Positions 1 to 10,377 of a stretch of 64,000 nucleotides of DNA are shown here, one piece after another. Source of the DNA: an uncultured Actinomycetes bacterium (lineage in GTDB: Bacteria; Actinomycetota; Thermoleophilia; RBG-16-64-13); the NCBI GenBank assembly GCA_963841735.1, contig CAWJDT010000001.1:1216001-1280000 (forward strand), written 5' to 3'. Within the stretch, counting starts at the first letter, position 1, and every line of letters starts with the position of its first letter. The position numbers and the translations under genes are program-made. Below the pieces are notes generated by a model. It was not told where the DNA came from. It saw only the letters and a program-made list of their open reading frames with translations, and did no database searches.

Positions 1-529
1 TGGGCTCATCCAGAAAGAGTACGTCGGGCTCGTGGATGAGGGCTCGTACCAGCGCCAGGCGCTGCTTCATGCCCTTGGAGAAGGTGCCAACACGATCGTC
101 ACGTCGGTCCCAGAGCCCCATGAGGCGGAGATACCTGTTCGCCTGTTGCGCCACATCGTGGCCGCCGTACATGGAAGCGAAGAAACGCAGGTTGGCCAGA
201 GCACTCAGCCTATCGTAGAAACCAGGGGTCTCGGTCAGCAGGCCGATACGTTCGTGAAGCGCCTCCGGCTCGCGATCCGGCCGCAGGCCGGCCACCATCG
301 CGTAGCCCTCGGTGGGCGCGATGATGCCGGCCAGCATGCGGATGGTAGTGGTCTTGCCGGCGCCGTTCGGCCCCAGCAGGCCGAGGATCTCTCCCGGCTC
401 CACAGTGAGATCCAGGCCGTCAACGGCCGGGCGCTCCTTGAAGCGGCGGGTAAGACCGAAGGCCTGCACAGGCGGGCCGCCCGGTGCGCGGCCCGCTCCG
501 TTGGTGACTGTCTGGTCGCCGGTTGACAC
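1..529 (-). CDS. ABC transporter ATP-binding protein (3' part outside window)
   Basis: Manual translation from a GTG overlapping the upstream TAG: Walker A GPNGAGKTT, signature FSKGMKQR, Walker B LFLDEP. Confidence 0.9.
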   Translation of the reverse strand, partial: MSTGDQTVTNGAGRAPGGPPVQAFGLTRRFKERPAVDGLDLTVEPGEILGLLGPNGAGKTTTIRMLAGIIAPTEGYAMVAGLRPDREPEALHERIGLLTETPGFYDRLSALANLRFFASMYGGHDVAQQANRYLRLMGLWDRRDDRVGTFSKGMKQRLALVRALIHEPDVLFLDEP

Positions 530-1905
530 TACTCGGACAGCGAGAACGGCGGGTACTGGTCGGTGATCAGCAAGATCGCGTAGGCATCCACCCTGAGCGT
601 CCAACGGTTCACCCCGACCACGTAGTCGAAGAGGCCGCGGGGGTACCGGCCCGTGAACAGGATGGCGAACCAGGCGATGATGGTGCACACTGCCACTCCG
701 ATCCACAGGAAGAACAGAACGATGTAATGCGGCACAGCCAACAGCCATTTGATGAGAGGCAGCCCTTGGCTCAGTTGCTGCGCATCGGGATAGGAGAAGT
801 CAAGGTGGACCGCCTGCTCCTCGTCGGTGGACGGGTACTCATCTCGCAACAGTTGACCATAGACCGTGACCCGCATCAGAAAACGCGTCAAGTTGAGGTT
901 CCAGTCGAACCACCAGCGGGGGTACTTCTGGCGGAAAAGGATCATCAGCAGGATGGGGAAGAAGAGAAGACCGCCCACCGCCCACGACCAAGAGTAGTCC
1001 GTGCCGTGCGCAGAGATGGTCCCCGACCCGATGAGGCCGGCGATGATCCCAATGGGGATGATCCATAGGCAACGGAAGAAGGTGGAAAGCCTATTGAGCC
1101 CTCTCTCGGGATAATCTACCCTGAAGGAGAGCGGGTACGTGGAGTTCGGGGAGACCTGCGTCCCAGGCTCTTGCGTGGTCTGAGACGGTGGTGTGGTCTG
1201 CGTAATCGCGGGTCCGGATGGGGATGCGGGACGGGCCCGCCGTGAGCCTAGGATGATGAGAAGGATTCCGAGACCGAGAAGGACCACGCCGCCGACGGTG
1301 ATGCCTATGGCGATGTACAGCAGAGCTCCAAACCGCGCCCCCAGGGTCACGTCGGCGGTGACGTGTGCACTCCCGTCAGCGTTCATCATCACCGCGGTCC
1401 ATTTGCCGGGCTCTACCGGCCATTCGAGCGTCTGGTTGCCCAGGCCTTCCTGCGAGGCCACCCAGAAGTCCTGGTCCCCGGGTGCTGACCCAGGTGCCCC
1501 TCCGTCAGCGTGAAGATAGTCGATCGACGAGTGCCACGGGGTGAAACCGCCCACCTGAACTACGTCATGGGCAACACCCGCTAGATAGTCAGAGACTTGA
1601 TCGGTGGGACCTATTCCGATGAAGAGCGGAGTCTCGTCGGTTGGCTCTGTGTGGATGCGCACCGCCGCCGCACCCCCCTTCGGGACCCACGTCCAAGCCC
1701 AAGGCTCTGAGCCCAGGTCCACATCGGGAGTGATCAGAGCATACGCGCTTGTGGTGATCATCCGGCTTGGCGAATCGTAGAAGCCGTCGGAGTCTCGCTG
1801 CGTACCGTGCAACCACAGCAAGAATCCCCCCGGGAGGGCGAGAGCCAGACCGATGAGGACCAGCAGAACGCCCCCTACGATCGCCGCTATCTTGGCAGGC
1901 CTCAT
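529..1905 (-). CDS. DUF4389-domain membrane protein
   Basis: Two repeats of the 'LFTGRYPRGLFD...RW..RV.AY..L.TD.YPPFSL' type; start MRPAK at 1905 after an AGGAG SD. Confidence 0.85.
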   Translation of the reverse strand: MRPAKIAAIVGGVLLVLIGLALALPGGFLLWLHGTQRDSDGFYDSPSRMITTSAYALITPDVDLGSEPWAWTWVPKGGAAAVRIHTEPTDETPLFIGIGPTDQVSDYLAGVAHDVVQVGGFTPWHSSIDYLHADGGAPGSAPGDQDFWVASQEGLGNQTLEWPVEPGKWTAVMMNADGSAHVTADVTLGARFGALLYIAIGITVGGVVLLGLGILLIILGSRRARPASPSGPAITQTTPPSQTTQEPGTQVSPNSTYPLSFRVDYPERGLNRLSTFFRCLWIIPIGIIAGLIGSGTISAHGTDYSWSWAVGGLLFFPILLMILFRQKYPRWWFDWNLNLTRFLMRVTVYGQLLRDEYPSTDEEQAVHLDFSYPDAQQLSQGLPLIKWLLAVPHYIVLFFLWIGVAVCTIIAWFAILFTGRYPRGLFDYVVGVNRWTLRVDAYAILLITDQYPPFSLSE

Positions 1906-2277
1906 GATTCGTCTCCTTCTTGTTGGGGTCTTGTTGTTTCCAGTGTGGCGCATGGGCCATTGGGGCGAATCCGGCGACCGGACAGTCTTAAGGTGGCTGA
2001 GTGGGGGGTCTTAGACCTGGCCATCTGGAGAGGTGGCCTCCAGCAGCAGCGCCCCCTGCTGCGAAGAGCACACATGGCGGACCTCCCATACGATGTTGCT
2101 CTGACTACCATATCAGCGGCGCGGCGGCAGTTCTTAACCCATCGGGGGTGCGCGGCCAATGAGTTTCCACCCGAAGTGTGAGAGACTTTTTGACGTATTG
2201 CTTATGAGAAGCATCCCATTCTGTACGAGGCGTGCGTGAGTTTCGGGAGAACACGGGTTTCGCGAGGAGGTCGCGTT

Positions 2278-2934
2278 ATGTTGGTATTGAGGTGGCTTTG
2301 GCGAGTGATCCTGCTGCTGACGGTCGGCTGCTTCATCACAACGATCTACTACATGAGCCACAACGTCGACATGGACTCGGCTCTGCCGGCGCTGAATGTG
2401 GCGGGGGTTGCGGGTGTCGCGCTTCTGGGCGTTATCTGGGCGGCCGCCCGGCGGTACTGGTATGCACTCATCATGCTCGCGTCGTTGGGACTGCTCAGGG
2501 GACTGTTCAACGATGAGCTGCTCACCGAATTCCAGTCGGAGTGGATACTCTATTCCGCGGGTTTTGTGGTCTTCGTTCTGTTGGTGGTCTTGATGACGCG
2601 GGTGCTCAAATCGGACCACTCAAATCGTGCCGCGGCGGCGGCTTATGCGGCCGCGCACCCGGCGATGCAGAGCGGTACTGCAATGGTCGCGGCTCCGGTG
2701 GCGGCTCCGGTGGCGGCTCCGGCCGCGGCTCCGGCCTTCGTGGTGATTGAGCCGGCGTCAACCGCGGCCAAGCTGGTGCCCCCACCGGTTTGGGCGCCCA
2801 GTGATCCTGAGGCCGTGCCGGCGTCGGGAGCGGCAGCGGAAGCTGTGACCGAGGTCAAGCCTCCCAAGAAGGCCGCCACGAAAGCTGCCGCGGCCACCAA
2901 GCCGCCCGCCGCCGACAAACCCGTCAAGGAATGA
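2278..2934 (+). CDS. 4-TM membrane protein with Ala/Pro/Lys-rich C-terminal tail
   Basis: AGGAGG SD before ATG 2278; four hydrophobic segments; low-complexity tail. Confidence 0.75.
   Translation: MLVLRWLWRVILLLTVGCFITTIYYMSHNVDMDSALPALNVAGVAGVALLGVIWAAARRYWYALIMLASLGLLRGLFNDELLTEFQSEWILYSAGFVVFVLLVVLMTRVLKSDHSNRAAAAAYAAAHPAMQSGTAMVAAPVAAPVAAPAAAPAFVVIEPASTAAKLVPPPVWAPSDPEAVPASGAAAEAVTEVKPPKKAATKAAAATKPPAADKPVKE
2689..2736 (+). repeat. 4 x 12-bp tandem repeat GCGGCTCCGGYS (encodes AAPV/AAPA)
   Basis: Read directly in the sequence. Confidence 0.9.
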
Positions 2935-2962
2935 CCGAGCGGACTGGGGGCGGCCCCGCAAC

Positions 2963-2996
2963 AGAAAGGGCCCCGGTTTCCCAGGGCCCTCTTGTG
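2963..2996. terminator. Probable bidirectional intrinsic terminator
   Basis: AGGGCCC...GGGCCCT hairpin with A-rich 5' and T-rich 3' flanks, between convergent genes. Confidence 0.65.
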
Positions 2997-3042
2997 TTGC
3001 GGTCTGATTGCAGCACAGCTGGGAGAGCGCAGGCTCTCTAGC

Positions 3043-4971
3043 CTACTTGATGTGTTTGCCCCGGTTCACGTAGTGGGTGTGCAGCAGCTCGTGGCTCTTG
3101 TGACCGCAGGGGCCGTCGGTGAGGAACTCCTTGTAAACCCGCAGCACCGCAGGGTTCTCGTACGACTTGCGCACGGTCATCTGCCGGTCTTCGCCGTAGA
3201 TGGCTCTGGCGCGGGCCGCCCGGATCTCCTTGTTGGTAGGCATGGGCTGACCGCCGCCGCCCAGGCAGCCGCCCGGGCAGGCCATGAACTCGATGAAGTG
3301 GCACTCGCTGAATTTGCCGCCGGCCTTGATATCTTCCATGACCTTGTGGGCGTTCGCCGTGCCGTGGGCCACGGCCACCTTGAGGGTGGCGCCCTTCAGC
3401 CAGTTCCAATTGGGCACCAGGTGCTTGAGCAGGTCGGGCACCGGGCCGACTTCGCTAACGGTGACCTCGGCGTAGCGTACGCCCTCGAAGCCCCGTACCG
3501 GCATGATGTCGCCGTGCTCGAAGATGGATTCCACCTTCTTGCCGGTCACCAGTTCGAGCACCGTTCGCAGTGCCGACTCCATGACTCCACCGGTGGCTCC
3601 GAAGATGAGTCCCGAACCGGTGGCGCCTCCGAACGGATCGTCGAAGTCGGTTCTAGGCAGTGAAGGCACGTCCAGCCCGGCCTGCCGGAACATGGCTCCG
3701 AGCTCCCGGGTGGTGAGTCCGAAGTCGACGTCCTGATAGCCGCTGGCGTTCATCTCCGGGCGGTTGCATTCGAACTTCTTGGCCGAGCAGGGCATGATGG
3801 CCACGCTGACGATGTCGGCCGGGTTCACGCCCATCTTCTCGGCGTAGAAGGTCTTGATGAGAGCCCCGAACATCTGCTGTGGGCTCTTTGCCGTGGACAG
3901 ATTGGGGATGAACTCGGGATAGAAGTGCTCACAATACTTGACCCACCCCGGCGAGCAACTGGTGAACTGCGGGAGGGCCATGGAAGCGTCGCCCTCCACC
4001 AGGGCCTTGTAGAGCCGGAGGATAAGCTCGGTGCCCTCTTCGATGATGGTGAGGTCGGCTGTGAAGTTGGTGTCGAACACGTGGTCGAAGCCCATGCGCT
4101 TGAGCGCGGTGTTCATCTGATAGGTGACGGTAGTTCCAGGCTCCAGGCCGAACATCTCGCCCATTGCCGCCCGGGGGGACGGAGCCGTCTGGACGATCAC
4201 GTGCTTGGTGGGATCGTCGAGCGCCTTCCATACCGGGGCCAGCGCCGGGTTGGCGTACAGGGCCGCGGTGGGGCAGCGGTTGATGCACTGCCCGCAGTTG
4301 ATGCAGACGGCCTCGATGAGTGGGATGTGCTCGAAGGTGGAGACCTCCACCTTGTTCGAGCGGTTGAGGACCTCCAGCACCCCCACCTCCTGCATGTCGA
4401 TGCAGGTGCGCACGCAACGCCGGCAGCGGATGCACTTGTTCATGTCGCGGACCACCGAGAAACTCGAGTCGTCCACGGGCACCGGGTTCTCCACGTGGCC
4501 GAAGCGGAACTTGTCGACCCCGTACTCCTCGGCCAGGGCCTGGAGCTCGCAGTGGCCGTTGCGGATGCACGCGTAGCAGTCGCCGCAGTGCTCGGAGAGC
4601 AGCAGGTCGAGCACGTGGCGGCGGGCGATGCGCACGGCCTTGGAATAGGTGTTGACCTTGATGGGCGCGGTGATGGGGTAGGCACACGAGGCCTGAAGGG
4701 TCCGCTGTCCTTCTACCTCTACCACGCAGATGCGGCAGATGCCGGCGACTTCGAGGTCGGGGTGATAGCACAGGGTGGGGATGCGCACTCCGATGCTCTT
4801 GGCCGCCTCGAGGATGGTGGTGCCCATGGGCACTTTGGTCTCGATGCCATCGATGGTGACATGCACTGTGGCGCCGAGGGCACCCGGAGCCGTCTGCTCC
4901 GGTTCAAGATCGGGCTGGAAAAGTTGGCTGAGTGGGGCGCGCCTGGTTGGCAGCGTGGATTTATCGGGCAT
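3043..4971 (-). CDS. hydA: [FeFe]-hydrogenase group A catalytic subunit (copy 2)
   Basis: H-cluster motifs FTSCSPGW, MPCSAKKFE, EFMACPGGCLGGGGQP; N-terminal [2Fe-2S], HxxxCxxC and 2[4Fe-4S]; C-terminal HELLHT; start MPDK after GGAG. Confidence 0.95.
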   Translation of the reverse strand: MPDKSTLPTRRAPLSQLFQPDLEPEQTAPGALGATVHVTIDGIETKVPMGTTILEAAKSIGVRIPTLCYHPDLEVAGICRICVVEVEGQRTLQASCAYPITAPIKVNTYSKAVRIARRHVLDLLLSEHCGDCYACIRNGHCELQALAEEYGVDKFRFGHVENPVPVDDSSFSVVRDMNKCIRCRRCVRTCIDMQEVGVLEVLNRSNKVEVSTFEHIPLIEAVCINCGQCINRCPTAALYANPALAPVWKALDDPTKHVIVQTAPSPRAAMGEMFGLEPGTTVTYQMNTALKRMGFDHVFDTNFTADLTIIEEGTELILRLYKALVEGDASMALPQFTSCSPGWVKYCEHFYPEFIPNLSTAKSPQQMFGALIKTFYAEKMGVNPADIVSVAIMPCSAKKFECNRPEMNASGYQDVDFGLTTRELGAMFRQAGLDVPSLPRTDFDDPFGGATGSGLIFGATGGVMESALRTVLELVTGKKVESIFEHGDIMPVRGFEGVRYAEVTVSEVGPVPDLLKHLVPNWNWLKGATLKVAVAHGTANAHKVMEDIKAGGKFSECHFIEFMACPGGCLGGGGQPMPTNKEIRAARARAIYGEDRQMTVRKSYENPAVLRVYKEFLTDGPCGHKSHELLHTHYVNRGKHIK

Positions 4972-6151
4972 GGATCTCATCTCCGAAATGCTCGAGGATG
5001 GACATGAAGGCCACGGAGCTGGTCTGTCCCAACCCGCATTTGGAGGCGACCTGCATGGTGTTGGCGAGTCCCTTGAGTTCTTCCAGATACTCCGCGGTGC
5101 AGGTGCCCGCTTTGAGCATCTCCACGCCTTCGAGCAACTTGCCGTTGCCCACCCGGCAGGGGGTGCATTGGCCGCACGACTCATCCACAAAGAAGTCCAG
5201 CAGGTTGTGAGCCAGAGCGAGCATGTCCCTGTCGGGGCCGATGACTATGACCGAGCCTCCGGTGGGGATGTCCTCAAAGGCCAGCCTGCGCTCGAAGTCC
5301 TTCTTGGGAACGCACCTGCCCGAGGCTCCCCCTATCTGCACGGCCTTGGCCTGTTCGCCGCCCACTTCTTTCAGCAGTTCGGCCACGGTGATACCAAACG
5401 GGAACTGGTAGACCCCGGGTCGCTCGCAGTCGCCGGAGATGCTGAACAGCTTGTGGCCGGCCGAATTGTCGGTGCCGAAGCTCAGGAACCACTCGGCGCC
5501 GTTGCGGATGATGCAGGGCACCCAGGCCAGGGTCTCGACGTTGTTGACCACCGACGGGCGGTTGAGGAAGCCCGATACCACCGGGAAGGGCGGCCGGTTG
5601 CGGGGTTCACCTCGAAAGCCTTCGAGCGACTCGATGAGGGCCGTCTCCTCGCCGCAGACGTAGGCGCCTGCGCCCATGGCCACCATGATGTTGAAGTTGA
5701 AACCCTCGATACCGCCGATGTTCTGGCCCAGAAGTCCTTCGGTCTCGCGCCGTTTGATGACTTCGCTGAGATGGGGCTTCAGATAGGCGTACTCGGCGCG
5801 GAGGTAGATGAGACCCAGCGGGGCGCCGATGGCTCGGGCCCCTATGGTCATGCCCTCCATGACTAGGTCGGCATACTCGCTAAGGATGAGCCGGTCTTTG
5901 AAGGTGCCGGGCTCGCCCTCGTCGGCGTTGCACATGATGTACTTGGGACCGCGCTTCTCGGCCGCGGCGAAGTTCCATTTGATGCCTGTGGGGAAGCCGG
6001 CCCCGCCGCGCCCCTTCAGCTTGGAGTCGCGGATGGTGTCGATGATGTCGCCTCGGGACATGGCCAACGCCATCTTCAGGCCGTCGCCCGGCGGTACCTT
6101 CTCGAAGCAGAGCTCGTTGCGGGCGTTCTTCACCGCGATGTCGGCGCTCAT
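4961..6151 (-). CDS. hydB: Short NuoF-like FMN/NADH subunit (non-bifurcating-type HydB)
   Basis: GRGGAGFPTG, NADEGEPGTFKD, YVCGEETAL, GGASG, SCGQCTPCRVG; no extra Fe-S domains; ATGA overlap with the upstream gene. Confidence 0.92.
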   Translation of the reverse strand: MSADIAVKNARNELCFEKVPPGDGLKMALAMSRGDIIDTIRDSKLKGRGGAGFPTGIKWNFAAAEKRGPKYIMCNADEGEPGTFKDRLILSEYADLVMEGMTIGARAIGAPLGLIYLRAEYAYLKPHLSEVIKRRETEGLLGQNIGGIEGFNFNIMVAMGAGAYVCGEETALIESLEGFRGEPRNRPPFPVVSGFLNRPSVVNNVETLAWVPCIIRNGAEWFLSFGTDNSAGHKLFSISGDCERPGVYQFPFGITVAELLKEVGGEQAKAVQIGGASGRCVPKKDFERRLAFEDIPTGGSVIVIGPDRDMLALAHNLLDFFVDESCGQCTPCRVGNGKLLEGVEMLKAGTCTAEYLEELKGLANTMQVASKCGLGQTSSVAFMSILEHFGDEIHAR

Positions 6152-6669
6152 GAGGCACCTCCCGCGCTCGGCGCGGCGGCAGGGCCCTGCTGCCGCTTGC
6201 GGTAGTCGGCGACGACGGTGCTGACCTTGGCGGGCGTGAGCTTGGTGTAGATCTCCTCGTTCACCAGCATGGCCGGGCCCTGGTCGCACATGCCCATGCA
6301 GTTGGCCCACTCGAGGCTGAAGGCTCCGTCGCCGGTGATCTCGCCGAAGCCTATGCCGAGTTCCCGCTGCAGTCGCTCGGCCACCTCGTTCTTGCCGGCC
6401 AGCTCGCAGGAGTACGTGCGGCACAGCCGGAAGACGAACGCCCCTTGGGCATCCGGGGGGATGAAGGAATAGAAGGTCGAGACCGCGTGTACTTCCACCG
6501 GGTGGATGCTGAGCACGTCGGCGATGACCTGCATGGTGTCGCTGTCGAGTTCGCGGTACTTCTCTTTGACGCTGCGGAGAATGGGGATGAGCGAGGCGCG
6601 GCTGAAGTTGGTGCGGGCCGCGACTTCCTCTACCTCTTTGCGTAGTTGGGCCGTATCAGTGACTGCCAT
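6148..6669 (-). CDS. hydC: NuoE-like [2Fe-2S] subunit (copy 2)
   Basis: VSTFYSF, CRTYSC, CMGMCDQGP. Confidence 0.92.
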   Translation of the reverse strand: MAVTDTAQLRKEVEEVAARTNFSRASLIPILRSVKEKYRELDSDTMQVIADVLSIHPVEVHAVSTFYSFIPPDAQGAFVFRLCRTYSCELAGKNEVAERLQRELGIGFGEITGDGAFSLEWANCMGMCDQGPAMLVNEEIYTKLTPAKVSTVVADYRKRQQGPAAAPSAGGAS

Positions 6670-7052
6670 CAGGCGTCCTCCGACCTTGCCAGGAGCATCC
6701 TGACCTTCTGGATCAGGGTGGCGGGGTCTACCGGCTTTTCCAGGAACTCGTCCACCGGCACCATCTCGTCGTCTTTGCCGATCTGAATGCCCATGGCCCG
6801 GTTGACGCTGGTGAGCATGAGTATGGGGAGGGTCTTGCCCTCGCGCCGTGCTCTGCGGGCGAAGCGCAGGCCGTCATCGGCCTCCTCCATCATGACGTCA
6901 AGGATAAGCAGGTCGGGCCCGATCTCGTCCAGTTTGGCCAGCCCGCTCTCATAGTTGGGGGCGCTCTCCACCGAATACCCCTCGCGTTCGAGGACGATCC
7001 GGCCGGCCTCGACCATATCCGGATCGTCGTCCACTATCAGGATCTTAGACAC
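6669..7052 (-). CDS. Stand-alone response regulator receiver protein
   Basis: ILIVDDD, LDVMM phosphoacceptor, LTS, EKP. Confidence 0.92.
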   Translation of the reverse strand: MSKILIVDDDPDMVEAGRIVLEREGYSVESAPNYESGLAKLDEIGPDLLILDVMMEEADDGLRFARRARREGKTLPILMLTSVNRAMGIQIGKDDEMVPVDEFLEKPVDPATLIQKVRMLLARSEDA

Positions 7053-7143
7053 CGCTGCACTCCCTCTCTAGCTCTTCGACTCTCCGCCGGCGGGGCAGCG
7101 CGCCTTGGCTGCCCGCCCCAATAGAAGCAATTCGCATAGTATT

Positions 7144-8355
7144 TCAGCCCCCAGCCCGTCGCGCGCCCACAGGCGTGGACGCCGGCGTTTCGGTGAGCGC
7201 CACCGTGTCGGGGGCCGCCGGGGCATCGGGAGCGGCGTCGCGCAGGGTGACCGTGAAAATACTGCCCGAGCCCCTCTCGCTATTGACCGAGGCGTCGCCG
7301 CCGTACATCTGTGCCAACTTGCGCACCGTCGAGAGCCCCAGTCCGCTGCCGAGGACCTTGATGGTGTCCTCGTTCTTGATGCGGACGAACTCGTTGAAAA
7401 GCTTCGCGCTCTCTTCGGGGGTCATGCCGATGCCGGTGTCGGCCACCTCGAGTCTCACCGCGTCGTCTTCCCGCTTCAGGGACACGGTGACGCTGCCGCC
7501 GTCGCGGTTGTATTTGACCGCGTTGGAGACCAGGTTGTCGAGCACTATCTCCACTTCGCTGGGATCGGCCGCCATTTCCACGGGTCGCGGAGCGCGCATT
7601 GTGATCTTGATGCCGCGTTCGGTCGCTTCGCCGGCGAAGAGATCGATGGTCCGCCGGGCGATGGCCCGCACATCCACTTGAGCGAACTGGCGGGCCTTCT
7701 GCCCCGACTCGATGCGTGTGAGGTCCAGAAGGTCGAATATGAGCTTGCGCATGCCGTCAAGGCGCAGCAGGCTGCGGTCGATCATCTGCCGGCGCTCGGG
7801 GGACTCGTCGCTCTGCAGTATCTTCAGGTATCCCTCGATGGCGTTGAGTGGGGCCTTGAGTTCGTGTGACAACACCGAGATGAAGTTGAAGCGTACCTGA
7901 CGCTGCTCCTCGGCCAGCCTGCGGGCCTCCCGGCTGGTGATGATCTGCTCGGTGGCCTTGCGTGCGCTGTAGCGGAGCTCCTCGGGCGAGAAGGGCTTGG
8001 CCAGAAAGTCGAAGGCCCCCAGTTTGGTGGACTGCACGGCCGTGTCGAAGGTGGCGTAGGCGGTGATCATGATGGTGGTGATCGTGCTCCCCTGACGGCT
8101 CAACTCAGCAAGGATATCCATGCCGCTCATGCCGGGAAGCTTGAGATCAAGCAGCAGTAGGTCGTACTCGTTGCCGGCGGCCGTGCTATCGAGAAATTCC
8201 TCTCCGTTGGCGAAATGGGAGTAGGAGTAGGTGACGTCCACGTCGACCGCGTCCACACGTACGCGGTACTTGGTCAGGATGCGGCGGACCGCCATGCTGA
8301 GCTGCACCTCGTCATCTACCATGGCCACTCTGAGTGTTTGGGCGGAGCCGGGCAT
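7144..8355 (-). CDS. Receiver-histidine kinase hybrid (REC-HisKA-HATPase)
   Basis: VDDE, LLDLKLPG, AKPF; SHELKAPL H-box; NLVSNAVKY, DTGIG, GSGLGL. Confidence 0.93.
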   Translation of the reverse strand: MPGSAQTLRVAMVDDEVQLSMAVRRILTKYRVRVDAVDVDVTYSYSHFANGEEFLDSTAAGNEYDLLLLDLKLPGMSGMDILAELSRQGSTITTIMITAYATFDTAVQSTKLGAFDFLAKPFSPEELRYSARKATEQIITSREARRLAEEQRQVRFNFISVLSHELKAPLNAIEGYLKILQSDESPERRQMIDRSLLRLDGMRKLIFDLLDLTRIESGQKARQFAQVDVRAIARRTIDLFAGEATERGIKITMRAPRPVEMAADPSEVEIVLDNLVSNAVKYNRDGGSVTVSLKREDDAVRLEVADTGIGMTPEESAKLFNEFVRIKNEDTIKVLGSGLGLSTVRKLAQMYGGDASVNSERGSGSIFTVTLRDAAPDAPAAPDTVALTETPASTPVGARRAGG

Positions 8356-10377
8356 CTATCGTCCCCCGTTCTCTTCGTGTCGCGGTAGGCTCACAGTCAA
8401 TGAAGTCCAGGTGGGACCGGTCGACCGATCGGCGTTGGATTCCGCCCCGACGTGTCCCTTGTGCATCTTGACGATGCCGTGGGTGACGGCCAGGCCCAGG
8501 CCGGTGCCCATGCCCAGCGGCTTGGTGCTGAAGAACGGGTCGAACAGATTGGGCATGTTCTCTGGGAGGATGCCCTGTCCGGTGTCGGTGACCTTGACGG
8601 TGACGGTATCCGGATCGTCGCTCAGAGCGATGGTGAGCGTGCCGCCCTCCGGCATGGCGTGCAGGGAGTTCGAGAAGAGGTTGGCGAACACCTGCACCAT
8701 CTGGTCCGGGTCGATGTCGGCTATGGGAGCGGAGAGGTGGTTCTGAAGCTTCACCTCCACGTTGTCGGCCCATGGCATGGTGCGGATAGTCCTCTCCACC
8801 AACTCAGCTATGTCGGTGGGTTGGCGGAGCAGCCGGCTCTGGCGGGAGAAGTTGAGCAGGCCCGAGATGATGCGCTTGCAGCGGTTGGCCTGGTCGACAA
8901 TTATCGCCAGGTCTTCCTTGATCTCGGAGTCGGCCTCGCACTCCTCCAGCAGAAGATTGGCGTGCAGTAGCAGTGTGCCAAGGGGGTTGTTGACCTCGTG
9001 GGCGATGCCGGCCGCAAGCTGGCCCATGCTGGCCAACTTGCCGGACCTCTCCAGGGCTTCTTTTGCCTCCTCGAGCGTGCGGTGCGACACCTCGAGCTCG
9101 TCGTAGGCAACACGCAACTGCTCGATGGTGTGCGGCAGGCACATCTCTGAATCGGCCAGTCCGGCGTAGACCGCCCGGGCGTGCTCAAGACAGCCGTCGT
9201 AGCCGCAGGCGCCGCAGTTGAGCAGATCCTCGGCCCCGTGCTTGCCCATACGTTGAAGGATGTCTTCTAGTTCCTCTTGCGTGGCCGAATCGCCCAGCGT
9301 CTGCTCGTCGGCGAGGTGCTCCCGAGAAAGGTCGATATAACTGTACTTCTGTACGTTCCCTTCGAACTCCGCCAGTTCTTCGGGTGTGAAGCCGGTCAGG
9401 CGATTCCGGGCGTAGGCGCTTACCAGGGTGCGGCGCTGAAGCATCGAGATGTCGCTGGTCATGCCCGCCCCCATGTAGCAGCCCTTGCAGGCCAGCACGT
9501 CGAGCAGCCGGGTGCCGGCGTGGGACTGGTCGAACTCGCTGATGGTGGCGACGAATTCTTCTTGTCCGTCGGCGATAATGACGTCACCGCTGAGGAGGTC
9601 CTCTTTGATGTGGGCGGTCTGAAGGAGGCCGCCCGGCAGGGGAAAGACCATTCCCACTCCACCGTTGGGGGGGTCGAAGCGGTGGTTCTCTGCGAACGAT
9701 GGCGGCTCGATGCCGCGTTTAGCGAACATAGTTCGCAGTTCGGCGAAGGTGAGCACAGCTTCGATTTCGTGGTGAATGAAGTCCACCGATGCCCTCTTCT
9801 TGGCAATGCAGGGGCCAATGAAGACTACTTTGAGGTCATCGCCCATCTCATGGCGCAGCACCCGGGCGATTGCGACCATGGGCGAGACCAAGGGGGCAAG
9901 ATTGGGTATCAGCCTGGGGTGGTACTTGCGTGCGTACGAAACCACCGCGGGACATGGCGTGGTGATGTAGCGCCCGTTGGGGTTGTCTTCGAGCAGACGT
10001 GTGTAGGCAGCGGCGACTAGGTCGGCGCCCAGCGCCACCTCGTGCACCGAATCGAAGCCTAGCGCCCGAATCATCCCTACCAGGGAGCCGGTAGGTATAT
10101 CCACAAACTCGGCCGGGAAGCTTGGGGCTACGATAGCCGCGACCCGGGAGTCGGACTCTAGTAGGTCGAAGGTGTGTTTGGTGTCATCGCGCACCTGCTT
10201 GGCATTTTGGCTGCATACGCGCAGACAGTTGCCACAGCCGATGCAGCGCGGCTGGATGACTCGGGCTTGGCCATCGACCACTTGGATGGCCTTTGCCGGG
10301 CACTCGCGTACGCAGGCATAACACATGCGGCACTTGTCGGTGACGATGGTGATAAGGGGGTTGTCCCAGGTAGGCAT
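8356..10377 (-). CDS. Putative sensory [FeFe]-hydrogenase-like domain fused to a histidine kinase (group C type)
   Basis: N-terminal 2[4Fe-4S]; APSF, TTPCPA, GPCIAKK, LACKGC motifs; NCGACGY..C..MC Fe-S domain; AHEVNNPL H-box, DTGQG, GTGLGL. Confidence 0.9.
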   Translation of the reverse strand: MPTWDNPLITIVTDKCRMCYACVRECPAKAIQVVDGQARVIQPRCIGCGNCLRVCSQNAKQVRDDTKHTFDLLESDSRVAAIVAPSFPAEFVDIPTGSLVGMIRALGFDSVHEVALGADLVAAAYTRLLEDNPNGRYITTPCPAVVSYARKYHPRLIPNLAPLVSPMVAIARVLRHEMGDDLKVVFIGPCIAKKRASVDFIHHEIEAVLTFAELRTMFAKRGIEPPSFAENHRFDPPNGGVGMVFPLPGGLLQTAHIKEDLLSGDVIIADGQEEFVATISEFDQSHAGTRLLDVLACKGCYMGAGMTSDISMLQRRTLVSAYARNRLTGFTPEELAEFEGNVQKYSYIDLSREHLADEQTLGDSATQEELEDILQRMGKHGAEDLLNCGACGYDGCLEHARAVYAGLADSEMCLPHTIEQLRVAYDELEVSHRTLEEAKEALERSGKLASMGQLAAGIAHEVNNPLGTLLLHANLLLEECEADSEIKEDLAIIVDQANRCKRIISGLLNFSRQSRLLRQPTDIAELVERTIRTMPWADNVEVKLQNHLSAPIADIDPDQMVQVFANLFSNSLHAMPEGGTLTIALSDDPDTVTVKVTDTGQGILPENMPNLFDPFFSTKPLGMGTGLGLAVTHGIVKMHKGHVGAESNADRSTGPTWTSLTVSLPRHEENGGR

